A DNA stretch of 64,000 nt from Thermoanaerobaculia bacterium. Lineage in GTDB: Bacteria > Acidobacteriota > Thermoanaerobaculia > UBA5066. The notes beneath the pieces were generated by a model. It was not told the DNA's origin and did no database searches. It saw only the letters and a list, made by a program, of their open reading frames with translations. A program made the position numbers and the translations under genes. Positions 10,859-19,746 of the stretch are shown in pieces. Location of the stretch: positions 1 through 64,000 of the forward strand of contig JBBRRY010000020.1 in assembly GCA_038245905.1 (NCBI GenBank), given 5' to 3'. Position 1 is the stretch's first letter; each line of letters opens with the position of its first letter.

Positions 10859-10955
10859 CTTCTGGAAGGTCCGGAACGTGTAGGTCTGCAACGGGCTTTG
10901 CGAGGCCGTGGTCGATGTGATGTTGGGCCAGCCCTGTATCCTTTGCCGGACTTCC

Positions 10956-11660
10956 ATGCGCCTCGACGCCGTCCGCCGTCTCTGGCAACGTCTCGTAGAC
11001 CGGGGACCGGGTGCCCTCGAGGAGCCTGGTTCGTTTACGGACAGCGAACGCGAGGCCGGGCGCATGGTTCTCCCTCTCATACGGGACCTGAGCGCGGCTC
11101 GCCAAGCCATCGACGAGGTGGCACGCCGCACGCAAGCACTCGAGACCGCACTCGACCACCTGCCGGTCGCCGCGATCGCCGTCGACGAGGAATCCCGCTA
11201 CCTCACTGGAAACGCCGCAGCCAATCGCCTTTTTGGCGGGCCGGCAGTGCCCGAAGTCGTCCTCGACGCAGCGGCACGCGCCGTCGGAGCCGAAGAGCCG
11301 CCCAAGGCGAGAGTCGGAGGACGCATCGTCCGCCTCGTCACGGGTGTCGCCTCGCGGCCGAGCCCCGACGGCCGGCCAGAAAGCGTCGTTTCGCGCGTGA
11401 TCTTCCTCGTGCCGGCCGACGGCACCTTCGAACTCGACACCCAGGACCTCCAGACCCGCTTCGGCCTCACGCGGATGCAGGGTCGCGTCGTCGGGCTGAC
11501 CGCCCAGGGCCTCACGAACAAGGAGATCGCTGCCCGCCTCTCGATCTCGGCCGAGACCGTCCACAAGCACCTCGTATCGACGTTCCAGAAGAGCGGGGCC
11601 TCCACGCGCGCCGGCCTCGTCGCCATGGCGTTCGGCTCACGGTTCGGAATCGATATCTGA
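10956..11660 (+). CDS. LuxR-family HTH transcriptional regulator with PAS-like region
   Basis: C-terminal GLTRMQ.RVV.L..QGLTNKEIAARLSISAETVHKHL; ALDHLPVAAI...NAAANRLF is PAS-like. Start is uncertain (10908 or 10956). Confidence 0.85.
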   Translation: MRLDAVRRLWQRLVDRGPGALEEPGSFTDSEREAGRMVLPLIRDLSAARQAIDEVARRTQALETALDHLPVAAIAVDEESRYLTGNAAANRLFGGPAVPEVVLDAAARAVGAEEPPKARVGGRIVRLVTGVASRPSPDGRPESVVSRVIFLVPADGTFELDTQDLQTRFGLTRMQGRVVGLTAQGLTNKEIAARLSISAETVHKHLVSTFQKSGASTRAGLVAMAFGSRFGIDI

Positions 11661-11760
11661 ATCCGCCTCCACATACCCCATTCGGGTGATGCGCCCGAGG
11701 CCCCTCTTTCCTACCTTGTCTCGCAATCCGGGACTTCAGCCGACCGGATCGGAGGCAACG

Positions 11761-14481
11761 ATGAGAAACTTTTCGACTGGAATCGGGCGTCGTCCGGGTT
11801 TGCTTCTGGCAGCCGCGTTTCTCGCGGCCGCCTTCGCGCTGCCGGCTGAGGCGCGCGTCGGCCGCGTCGTGATCAGTTTGAAGGAGTCTCCGACGTTCGG
11901 GGGAATGACTTTCGGCAGCGTTGGCGCCTACGAGAAGCTCCGCGGCGTCCTCTACGGCGAGGTCGACCCGAACGACCCGAAAAACGCCCCGATTGCCGAC
12001 CTCGCGCTCGCGCCGCGAAACGCGCGCGGACACGTCGAGTACTCGGCGGACGTCCTCATTCTCCGGCCGGTGGACCCGGCAAAGGCGAACGGACGCCTCT
12101 TCTACGAAGCCAACAACCGCGGAGTCCTCTACTCGCTCGGCATGCTGAACGACGCGGTGACGGGCGGCAGTGACCCGAGCGCGGCCTTGGACGCCGGCAA
12201 CGGCTTTCTCATGCGGCTGGGCTACACGATCGTCCTCAGCGGCTGGGACTTCACGGCCCCGGCCGGCGCCGGGCGACTCACGTTCACGCCGCCCGCGGCC
12301 GTGAATCCCGACGGATCTCCCATCGTCGGCCTCTCGCTTGAGGAGCTCGTCGTCGACAACACGACGACGACGAGCGGCACCCTGACGTACGCCGCCGCCG
12401 ACCTCGACAAGTCGAAGGCGAGTCTGACCGTACGCAACCACTACGCCGACCCGCCGGCCGGCGTCTCGGCGACTGGGTGGGAATACGTGAACGACCATAC
12501 AATCCGCCTGCTCCCGGCCGGCACGAGCTTCGCCAGCGGATCACTCTACGAATTCGTCTACCCCGCCAAGAACCCTGTGGTGGCGGGCCTGTCATTCGCG
12601 GGCATCCGGGACTTCCTCGCGTTTCTCCGCACGGGTTCGGCCGACGACTCCGGGACTCCCAACCCCGTCGCGGGGCGCGTCGACAAGGTCTACTCCTTTT
12701 GTTTCTCGCAACCATGCCGCCTGCTCCGCGACTTCGTCAGGCTCGGCTTCAATCAGGACGAGTCGGGCCGGCAGGTGCTGGACGGAGTCCTGAACTGGGT
12801 GGGCGGCGCGAGTAGCGGCTCCTTCAACCATCGGTTTGCGCAGCCGTTCCGGACGCATCGCCAGCACATCAGCCGCTGGTACCCGGAGGCCATCTTCCCA
12901 TTCGCCGACGTCACGCTCTTCGATCCCGTCACCGGAAAGACCGGCGGGCTCCTGGCAACCTGCGGTCTGAGCGGGACGTGCCCGAAGATGTTTGAGGCGA
13001 ACTCGGCAAACGAGTACTGGGCGAAGACGGGCTCGCTCCTTCACACCGACCCGCTCGGGACCGTCGACCTCGCGAACCACCCGAACGTCCGCCTCTACTT
13101 CGTCGCGGGTCTTCCGCACAACGCGGGCGTTCCGAGCGCCACGGCTCCCGGAATCTGCGCGCAGACGAGGAACCCGCTCGTCGCGAACCGGACGATGCGA
13201 GCGCTCCTCGTCCGGCTGGACGAATGGATCTCGAAGGGCCAGGAGCCGCTAGCGAGCCTCGTCCCGCGCCTCGACCAGGGCACCCTCGTGCCGCCCCTCC
13301 CGCAGGCGGGCGAAGGATTTCCGTCCATTCCCGGCGTGACATACACCGGCCTCACTCACACAGGAGATCTTCTCGACTTCGGCCCCAGTTTCGACGCGCA
13401 GGGGATCTGGTCGAAGGTGCCACCGGTCCTGCTGGGCTCGCCGTACGCCATCCTGGTTCCCAAGACCGACAAGGACGGCAACGATCTCGCAGGACTGCGC
13501 ATGGTCGAGATCGCGGTGCCAACCGCGACGTACACCGGATGGAACATGCGGTCCGGTCCAGCCTCTCCGGACGGCTGCGACGCCTCCGGCATGATGCTCG
13601 CCTTTCCGAAGACGAAGGCCGAGCGCCTCGCGAGCGACGACCCCCGTCTGTCGCTCGAGGAGCGCTACCCTCAGCACGCACAGTACGTCGACGCCGTCAA
13701 CGCGGCCGCATGGAAGCTGCGCACGTCCGGCCTCCTGCTCGACGAGGACGCGGCCCGCTACACGGCCGAGGCGCAACGAAGCGCTGTCGGGCTCTCGACC
13801 TGGCTGCTGCCGTCGTCCGCCCACACGGCGGGAGCGAGCGGAGTCCCGTACACGACGGACATCACGGTCGCGAATACCGGCAACGCGGACGCCGCCTTCA
13901 CGCTGAAGTTCCTGGGCCACGGCATCGACGGGCGTCCCGGCCCCGAAAAGAGCTTCACCTTGGCGGCGGGAAAGTCAGTTTCTTATCGCGACGTGCTAGG
14001 CGCAGCCTTCGGCGTGTCATCCGACTGGGGCGCGATCCGGCTCTCCTCGACGACGGCGACGCTCTCCCTCGCGTCTCAGACCTGGACCCCGTCGCCCTCG
14101 GGCGGCACGGTCGGCCAGGCGGTTCCGGCTTTCTCGGATGCCGAGCAGATCCATAACGGAACGACCCGCTCCATCCTTGCAATTAGTGAAGACGATTCCG
14201 TGCGGACGGACCTGTTCCTCGCGAACGCCACCGAGTCCCCCATGGACGTGGACGTGGCTCTCGTGGGCGAGTCCGGCGCCGCCCTCGGCACGCAGCGGGT
14301 CTCGCTCTCTCCGCTCGGCATGGCGCAGCTGACCCGGGTGGTGAGGGCCTTGGGCGTCTCGGCCAACGTCGGGGGGGCGCGACTCATACTCTCGACTCCC
14401 ACCTCTACCGGTGCATTCGCTGCATACGCCTCCGTCATCGACAACGCGTCGAACGACCCACGGACGCTCCTGCCAGAATAG
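11761..14481 (+). CDS. secreted alpha/beta-hydrolase-domain protein fused to a ~230-aa C-terminal module
   Basis: Signal peptide ..AEA|RV; FG.VG.YEKL.G, YEANNRG, EYW..GSL, VPKTD.DGND..G, DPRLSLEERY; C-terminal module 13801-14481. GGAGG SD upstream. Confidence 0.8.
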   Translation: MRNFSTGIGRRPGLLLAAAFLAAAFALPAEARVGRVVISLKESPTFGGMTFGSVGAYEKLRGVLYGEVDPNDPKNAPIADLALAPRNARGHVEYSADVLILRPVDPAKANGRLFYEANNRGVLYSLGMLNDAVTGGSDPSAALDAGNGFLMRLGYTIVLSGWDFTAPAGAGRLTFTPPAAVNPDGSPIVGLSLEELVVDNTTTTSGTLTYAAADLDKSKASLTVRNHYADPPAGVSATGWEYVNDHTIRLLPAGTSFASGSLYEFVYPAKNPVVAGLSFAGIRDFLAFLRTGSADDSGTPNPVAGRVDKVYSFCFSQPCRLLRDFVRLGFNQDESGRQVLDGVLNWVGGASSGSFNHRFAQPFRTHRQHISRWYPEAIFPFADVTLFDPVTGKTGGLLATCGLSGTCPKMFEANSANEYWAKTGSLLHTDPLGTVDLANHPNVRLYFVAGLPHNAGVPSATAPGICAQTRNPLVANRTMRALLVRLDEWISKGQEPLASLVPRLDQGTLVPPLPQAGEGFPSIPGVTYTGLTHTGDLLDFGPSFDAQGIWSKVPPVLLGSPYAILVPKTDKDGNDLAGLRMVEIAVPTATYTGWNMRSGPASPDGCDASGMMLAFPKTKAERLASDDPRLSLEERYPQHAQYVDAVNAAAWKLRTSGLLLDEDAARYTAEAQRSAVGLSTWLLPSSAHTAGASGVPYTTDITVANTGNADAAFTLKFLGHGIDGRPGPEKSFTLAAGKSVSYRDVLGAAFGVSSDWGAIRLSSTTATLSLASQTWTPSPSGGTVGQAVPAFSDAEQIHNGTTRSILAISEDDSVRTDLFLANATESPMDVDVALVGESGAALGTQRVSLSPLGMAQLTRVVRALGVSANVGGARLILSTPTSTGAFAAYASVIDNASNDPRTLLPE

Positions 14482-14573
14482 GGTCTGGCTCTCAGGGTCT
14501 TCAGTTCGCACAGTGGATCGACTGCCGAGCCAGACTTTCCTCCCGCGAACTTCAAGCAGGTTCGTGGTTAACA

Positions 14574-14603
14574 GAAACCCCGCGAGGCCTCTCGCGGAGT
14601 TTC
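14574..14603. terminator. hairpin between convergent genes, possible bidirectional terminator
   Basis: GAAAC-C-CCGCGAG gcct CTCGCGG-A-GTTTC stem-loop. Confidence 0.5.
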
Positions 14604-14630
14604 GTGTCTAAAGCTCGTGCGCCTCGCCGT

Positions 14631-15224
14631 TCATTTCCAGATATTGAACTTGAGTGCGAATCTCTTCTTCTGAATCAACGTGCGCCAGTCCACGAACACG
14701 AATACGAACACGAGCAGCAGCCCTGCGATCAGTCCGGCGATGGATTTCCAGGACACCATCCCGTGAACGAGGTCGCTCGTGTTCTCTGCCGCATACTTGC
14801 CGGTGAGCACCGCGATCGTGTCGCTAGTCAGTTTGCCGACGATGAAACCCGGGAGGATGTGGTGGGGCTCGAGCTTCGCCATTCCGGCGGCCACGAACAA
14901 GGGTGTGGTGGGTAGCGGCAGCAGAGAATAGATCAGCACCAAGGCGTGGCTCTTCCACCCCTTCTCCTCCAGTTTCTTTCCCAGGAACTCGGCTTCGTCG
15001 TTCTTCGCCCTCTTGAAGAATTTCCCGGACAGCTTGGGAATGTAGAGAGTGAGGACATACCTGCCCAAGATGGAGCCACCCACCCCGATAATGATTACAA
15101 GCCAAATTTGAAGATCGAATTTTACCTGCAAGAAAACCATCACCGTGAATGCCGGCGGCAAGGGGAACGGTGAAATGTCCACGAGCAGGGCCCCGACGAA
15201 GACAAGCAGATATTGCCACCACAT
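14631..15224 (-). CDS. membrane protein, DedA/VTT-like
   Basis: Several TM segments; SPFPLPPAF, LLPLPTTPLFVAAG, FIVGK motifs. Visibly lower GC than the flanks. Confidence 0.65.
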   Translation of the reverse strand: MWWQYLLVFVGALLVDISPFPLPPAFTVMVFLQVKFDLQIWLVIIIGVGGSILGRYVLTLYIPKLSGKFFKRAKNDEAEFLGKKLEEKGWKSHALVLIYSLLPLPTTPLFVAAGMAKLEPHHILPGFIVGKLTSDTIAVLTGKYAAENTSDLVHGMVSWKSIAGLIAGLLLVFVFVFVDWRTLIQKKRFALKFNIWK

Positions 15225-15230
15225 GATGTA

Positions 15231-15420
15231 TCACCGTAGTCTTCGAGTCGCGCCCAAGTCAATGACGAGGACGATTCCCACGATGAGCTCGACGGCCCCA
15301 TGTACGGGAAACGGGATCACCTTGACGATGCCCAGCGGAAAGCGCGTGAGAAGCGTCATCAGCAAATGCAAGACCGCGAGGCCCCACGCGACGGTGTCTG
15401 GAGCATGCGCGAGCCTTAGC
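15231..15420 (-). pseudogene. fragment of a small membrane protein
   Basis: LAVLHLLMTLLTRFPLGIVKVIPFPVHGAVELIVGIVLV is a coherent TM hairpin flanked by sequence that does not look protein-like. Confidence 0.4.
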
Positions 15421-15541
15421 TCCGACCCGCGAGGGCCGTTCCTCGCACCATCGCGGGCCACATCAATGGATGGTCTGCGACCTTCACCCTGTATCTCTGA
15501 GGAATCGACAAACCGAGCCTGCGTATCGAGAATAGCTCTCT

Positions 15542-16777
15542 ATGTCGGCGCCCGAGAAGCACCCCCTGTCGCAGATCCTCAGCGTGACCGTCTTCGTGGC
15601 GGCCCTCGGGTACTTCGTGGACATGTTCGACCTGCTCCTCTTCCCCATCGTGCGGCAGCCGAGTCTGATGGACCTGGGCATCCCACAGGGGGACGCGCAG
15701 GTCTCCGCCACGTTCTTGCTGCTCAACTCCCAGATGGTGGGAATGCTGCTGGGCGGGATCTTCTGGGGCATCCTCGGCGATAAGAAGGGCCGCCTCTCGA
15801 CGCTCTTCGGGAGCATCGCGCTCTACTCCGTGGCGAACATCGCCAACGCCTTCGTGCACGGGCTCCCGTCCTACGCCGTCTGGCGCTTTCTGGCGGGGCT
15901 CGGCCTCGCGGGCGAGCTGGGCGCGGCGGTGACGCTGGTGAGTGAGATCCTCCCCAGGAACCTCCGGGCATACGGCACCGCCATCGTCGCGGGGGTGGGC
16001 ATCTTCGGGACGGTGACCGCGAGCCTCGTCGGCAAGTACCTCCCCTGGCGCACCGCCTACCTCGTCGGGGGCGGGCTGGGCCTCATCCTCTTGGCCACCC
16101 GCTTCAGCCTCCGCGAGAGCGGCATGTTCCGGAACCTCGGCCACCAGGCCGACGTGAAGCGTGGCGACTTTCTGAGCCTCTTCACGAGCGGTGAGCGCTT
16201 CCTCCGCTACCTCCGCTGCATCCTCATCGGCCTGCCGACCTGGTTCGTTGTGGCGATCCTCATCACTTCCGCGCCCGAGTTCGCGCCGAAGGTTGGCGTG
16301 ACAGGACCCGTGGCCGCCGGAACCGCCGTGGCCTTTTGCTATAGCGGCATCACGCTGGGGAGCTTCGCTTCCGGCATCCTCAGCCAGGCTTGGAGAAGCC
16401 GTAAGAAGGTCGTTCTTCTCTTCATCCTCGGCACGCTCGCCGGCGTCGCCACCTACCTCACGGTGCGCGGGCTCACCCCGATGCAGTTCTATCTCCTGAC
16501 GGGGTACCTCGGGCTCATGGCGGGCTACTGGGCCGTCTTCGTCACCATCGCCGCGGAGCAATTCGGCACGAACCTCCGTGCCACGGTGGCCACCACGGTA
16601 CCGAACTTCGTCCGGGGGGCCGTCCCGCTGATCACAGGCAGCTTCTCCCTGCTCCGGGGCCCTCTGGGCTACGTCGGGAGCGCCTGGACGGTGGGCCTCG
16701 TCTGCATCACGCTCGCCCTGGTTGCCCTCGTGGGAATGGCCGAGACGGCGGGGCGAGACCTGGACTTCCTGGAGTAA
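15542..16777 (+). CDS. MFS transporter
   Basis: About 12 TM segments; GILGDKKGR (motif A), RFLAGLGLAGE, AEQFGTNLRAT. Confidence 0.92.
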   Translation: MSAPEKHPLSQILSVTVFVAALGYFVDMFDLLLFPIVRQPSLMDLGIPQGDAQVSATFLLLNSQMVGMLLGGIFWGILGDKKGRLSTLFGSIALYSVANIANAFVHGLPSYAVWRFLAGLGLAGELGAAVTLVSEILPRNLRAYGTAIVAGVGIFGTVTASLVGKYLPWRTAYLVGGGLGLILLATRFSLRESGMFRNLGHQADVKRGDFLSLFTSGERFLRYLRCILIGLPTWFVVAILITSAPEFAPKVGVTGPVAAGTAVAFCYSGITLGSFASGILSQAWRSRKKVVLLFILGTLAGVATYLTVRGLTPMQFYLLTGYLGLMAGYWAVFVTIAAEQFGTNLRATVATTVPNFVRGAVPLITGSFSLLRGPLGYVGSAWTVGLVCITLALVALVGMAETAGRDLDFLE

Positions 16778-16874
16778 CCCCCTTCCACGGCCCCCCGGCA
16801 ATTCCCAATGCGCCCCTACAAGTAAATGCGAAACGTCCTTTTCTCTCAGCTTCCTCGTTGCGGGAAGACTCCTT

Positions 16875-17402
16875 CTACTTGCGCAGAAGCACGTAAACCG
16901 CGCCCGAGCCGCCGTCCGACGGAGGCGCGTCAGCGTAGGCAAGTACCGACCGATTCGATCTGAGACAGGCCCGCACGCGAGCCTTCAGGATCGACGTCTT
17001 CCGTTCGGAGTGGAGGCCACGACCGTGCACGATGCATACGCAGCGACGCTGATCGTAACGGCTGTTTTCGATGAACCGCCCTGCGGTCGCACAGGCGTCC
17101 GCAACCGTCAGGCCATGCAGGTCGCAGCGGTCTCCGGCGGCGTACTCACCCCGTTGTAACTTCCTGATCTCTCGGCGGTCAACGCCAGGCGCGGTAAAGC
17201 CTTCGTCTGGCCCAAAGAAGTCGTCGTCTGGCAAAGCTGTCGCAGGTGGCTTACGGACGGGTGGAGCCAGGCGGACGCGCCCATGCGGATCCGGCCCAAG
17301 ACGGGCGACGTCCGCCATTTCGAGCTCGAATGCTCCGGCGTCGGACGTGTCATCGCGATGCGACGCGGCGGCAGAAGGATTCTTCCCTCTGGCCTTCTTC
17401 AT
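16875..17402 (-). CDS. Smr/MutS2 C-terminal domain protein
   Basis: DLHGLT, CIVHGRGLHS, LK..VR..L, DGGSGAVYVLLRK. Confidence 0.9.
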   Translation of the reverse strand: MKKARGKNPSAAASHRDDTSDAGAFELEMADVARLGPDPHGRVRLAPPVRKPPATALPDDDFFGPDEGFTAPGVDRREIRKLQRGEYAAGDRCDLHGLTVADACATAGRFIENSRYDQRRCVCIVHGRGLHSERKTSILKARVRACLRSNRSVLAYADAPPSDGGSGAVYVLLRK

Positions 17403-17411
17403 CGGACCATC

Positions 17412-19327
17412 TTACCGAGCGAAGGGTCTCGCTTTGTGGCGAGACTCTCGGGGCGCCGGCTTGACGACGATGACGAGGAGAGCGAGTCCAAGCAACCCGA
17501 GGAGAAAGCTGTAGCGTACCCCGGGGGGGCGATACGTGAAGACGACTCGATGCGTACCCCCGGCGAGCCGGACCCCGCGAAAGCAGACGTCGGCGCGGAG
17601 CACGCGATCCCTCGCTCCGTCGACTGTGACCCCCCATCCCCCCCGAATACGCGTCAAAGAAGAGGAGGACGGATTCGGACGGCGCGCGGGTCAGAAACGT
17701 GATCCGCGAGGGCCGCCTTTCAACGAGCGTCACGGAACTCGTGTCGGGAGCGGCCGGGGCGGTCCACGCTGATCCTTCTTCGAGGATCGCGGTTCGCGAC
17801 GGATCAAAGGAAGGATCCAGAAGGACGCCGAGGGCACGCTCCGGAGGGACGACGACCGCCTCGTGGACGAGGATCGCCCGGGGAAACGGTTCCTGTGTCC
17901 GGACGACGCTGGCTCCGGGGAGCGGCGGGGCCTCCTTGTCCTCGGCGGAGCCCCCGGCTCCCCAAAGGACGATCCGGGATGTCCCGGAGAGCTGAGCGAA
18001 TCGACGACTGTGGCTCCCGATCGCCTCCTGTGTGCGCGCGAGCGGCGCCGAGGTCCACCGCGAGGAGCGCCACGGCACCGAGAGCGAGAGCGCGGCCCCG
18101 CCGGAGCGTGGACTCGAGAGCCGAGAGCGCGAGCGCGGACCCGAATGCAAGCGCGAGGCCGAAGCAGGCGAGAAACCGCACGGGCGCGCGGAACCCTCGA
18201 AGCAGAGGCCACGAGGAGACGAAACGGTAGGGACCCGCATCGCCGAAGGCGAACACGAAGCCGACCAGAGCCGCTGCGGAAAGGGCGAGGAAGAGGACGC
18301 GCGGAAACCCCGGCGTGCGGCGAAAGAGAAGGGCAACGCCCGCGAGAAAGAGCACGGCCGTGGCGACGCCTGGGTAGCTCGCAGGCTCGGGCCAGCGCGA
18401 GAGACCGTCGACGGGTAGAAAAACCTGGTCGAGCTCGGCGACCTGCAGGGCTCCCACGTTGCGCTCGTCGACCGAGAGGCCGCTGAATCGGGACGTCTCG
18501 GGAAAGACGAGGGCGGAAGGGAGCAGGGACGGAGCGCCAAGAGCGGCTGCGAGAACGGCCGCGAGCCCGAGCTCGACGAGGAATCGACGCCGATTCCGCG
18601 CCCCCCAGAACTGTGCGGCGGCGAACGCGAGAAGAGTTGGGGCCGCTCCGAGAAGGCTGTGAGGGCGCGCTGCGAGGAGAGCAAGACCGCCGGACGCGGC
18701 GGTGAGCAGAAGCCCCGCGCGGCGCCGCTCCGCGGCGATGAAGCCGATGCCGAGGAGGAGGAACGGGAGAAGCGCCGCCACGGCCACGGCGTTCAGCCAC
18801 GTCACGCTTTGAAGCGTCCGTGCCGAGAGCATGTACGCGAGCCCGCCAAAGAGCGGGGCGATGCGCGCGTTCGTAAGAAATCGGACGAGGAGGAAGCCTC
18901 CGATCCCCGCGAGCCAGAGATGCACGAGGGAGAACGCATCTGCGAGACGGTGGACGGGGGCGCCCGTCAGGAGCAGCGGCACGGTGAGCGGATAGAACAC
19001 CGGGGCCTCCTGATGGAATGCGAGAGGGTGCCCCATGTAGAAACCGTTCAGCCAAAACGGCGAGCTGCCGGCGCGCACGTCGCGCTGGACCTCGCTCCAG
19101 ATCGGGAGATGCTCGTAGAAGAGGTCGCACGAGAAGAAGGAACGTGAGCCCGTGATCACCGGGAAAAGCGTCGCCGCGAGGACGGCCGCGAAGAGCACGG
19201 ACGCGAGAAGGGCCTCTCCGGATGGTCGTGTCGCGGCGTGCGTCACAAAGCCTGGCGGTTCTTGGCGTTTTCGGAGGCCACCTGGGGGGACCCCCGCTGC
19301 CTCGAACTTGTCTGGCGCGTCGATCAT
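17412..19327 (-). pseudogene. YfhO-family membrane protein (GT-C-like) split over three frames
   Basis: N-terminal D.FYEHLP...PFW..GHPL..FYPL plus TMs; middle PFPRA...AILE...VLLFFDAYS in a second frame; C-terminal W.VTVDG...RAD..FRGV.L..G.HRV.FTYRP in a third frame. Shifts near 18050 and 17640. Confidence 0.78.
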
Positions 19328-19353
19328 AGCGAGAGGTCAGGATCTTCGGCCGG

Positions 19354-19746
19354 TCAGGGAACGACCTTGATCTCCGGGTCGATGAAGATGACCTTCTTCG
19401 TTTTCTTGTCGGTGATCTTGACCCCGTATTCGTGAGACTTGTGGTCGGCGTCGGGCCTTACGTGCGGGGAGACGACGTGGTGGCCGTGCATCTGGAACGG
19501 CCCGTCGAACGGACCCTTCGAGCCGTCCTTGAAGACGATCTCGACGTTGACGTCCAGCCACGGCGGGCTGATGACCCAGTGCGCATAGTGCTTGGCCGAC
19601 TTGCTGAGGACGAGGACTTTACCTTTGGATTCGGCATGGTCCGTGACGGGCTCGCGGGCGCCCGTGACCCTGCCGTTCTCGTCGTGATCGACGTGGATGG
19701 TTGCCAGCCGTGCCTTGGAATGGTCGTGTGCCATGGTGCTGCTCAT
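19354..19746 (-). CDS. small His-rich hypothetical protein ending IDPEIKV (kinase partner copy 1)
   Basis: 130-aa ORF; ATGA overlap with the upstream kinase stop; homologous to 33132..33467. Confidence 0.8.
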   Translation of the reverse strand: MSSTMAHDHSKARLATIHVDHDENGRVTGAREPVTDHAESKGKVLVLSKSAKHYAHWVISPPWLDVNVEIVFKDGSKGPFDGPFQMHGHHVVSPHVRPDADHKSHEYGVKITDKKTKKVIFIDPEIKVVP

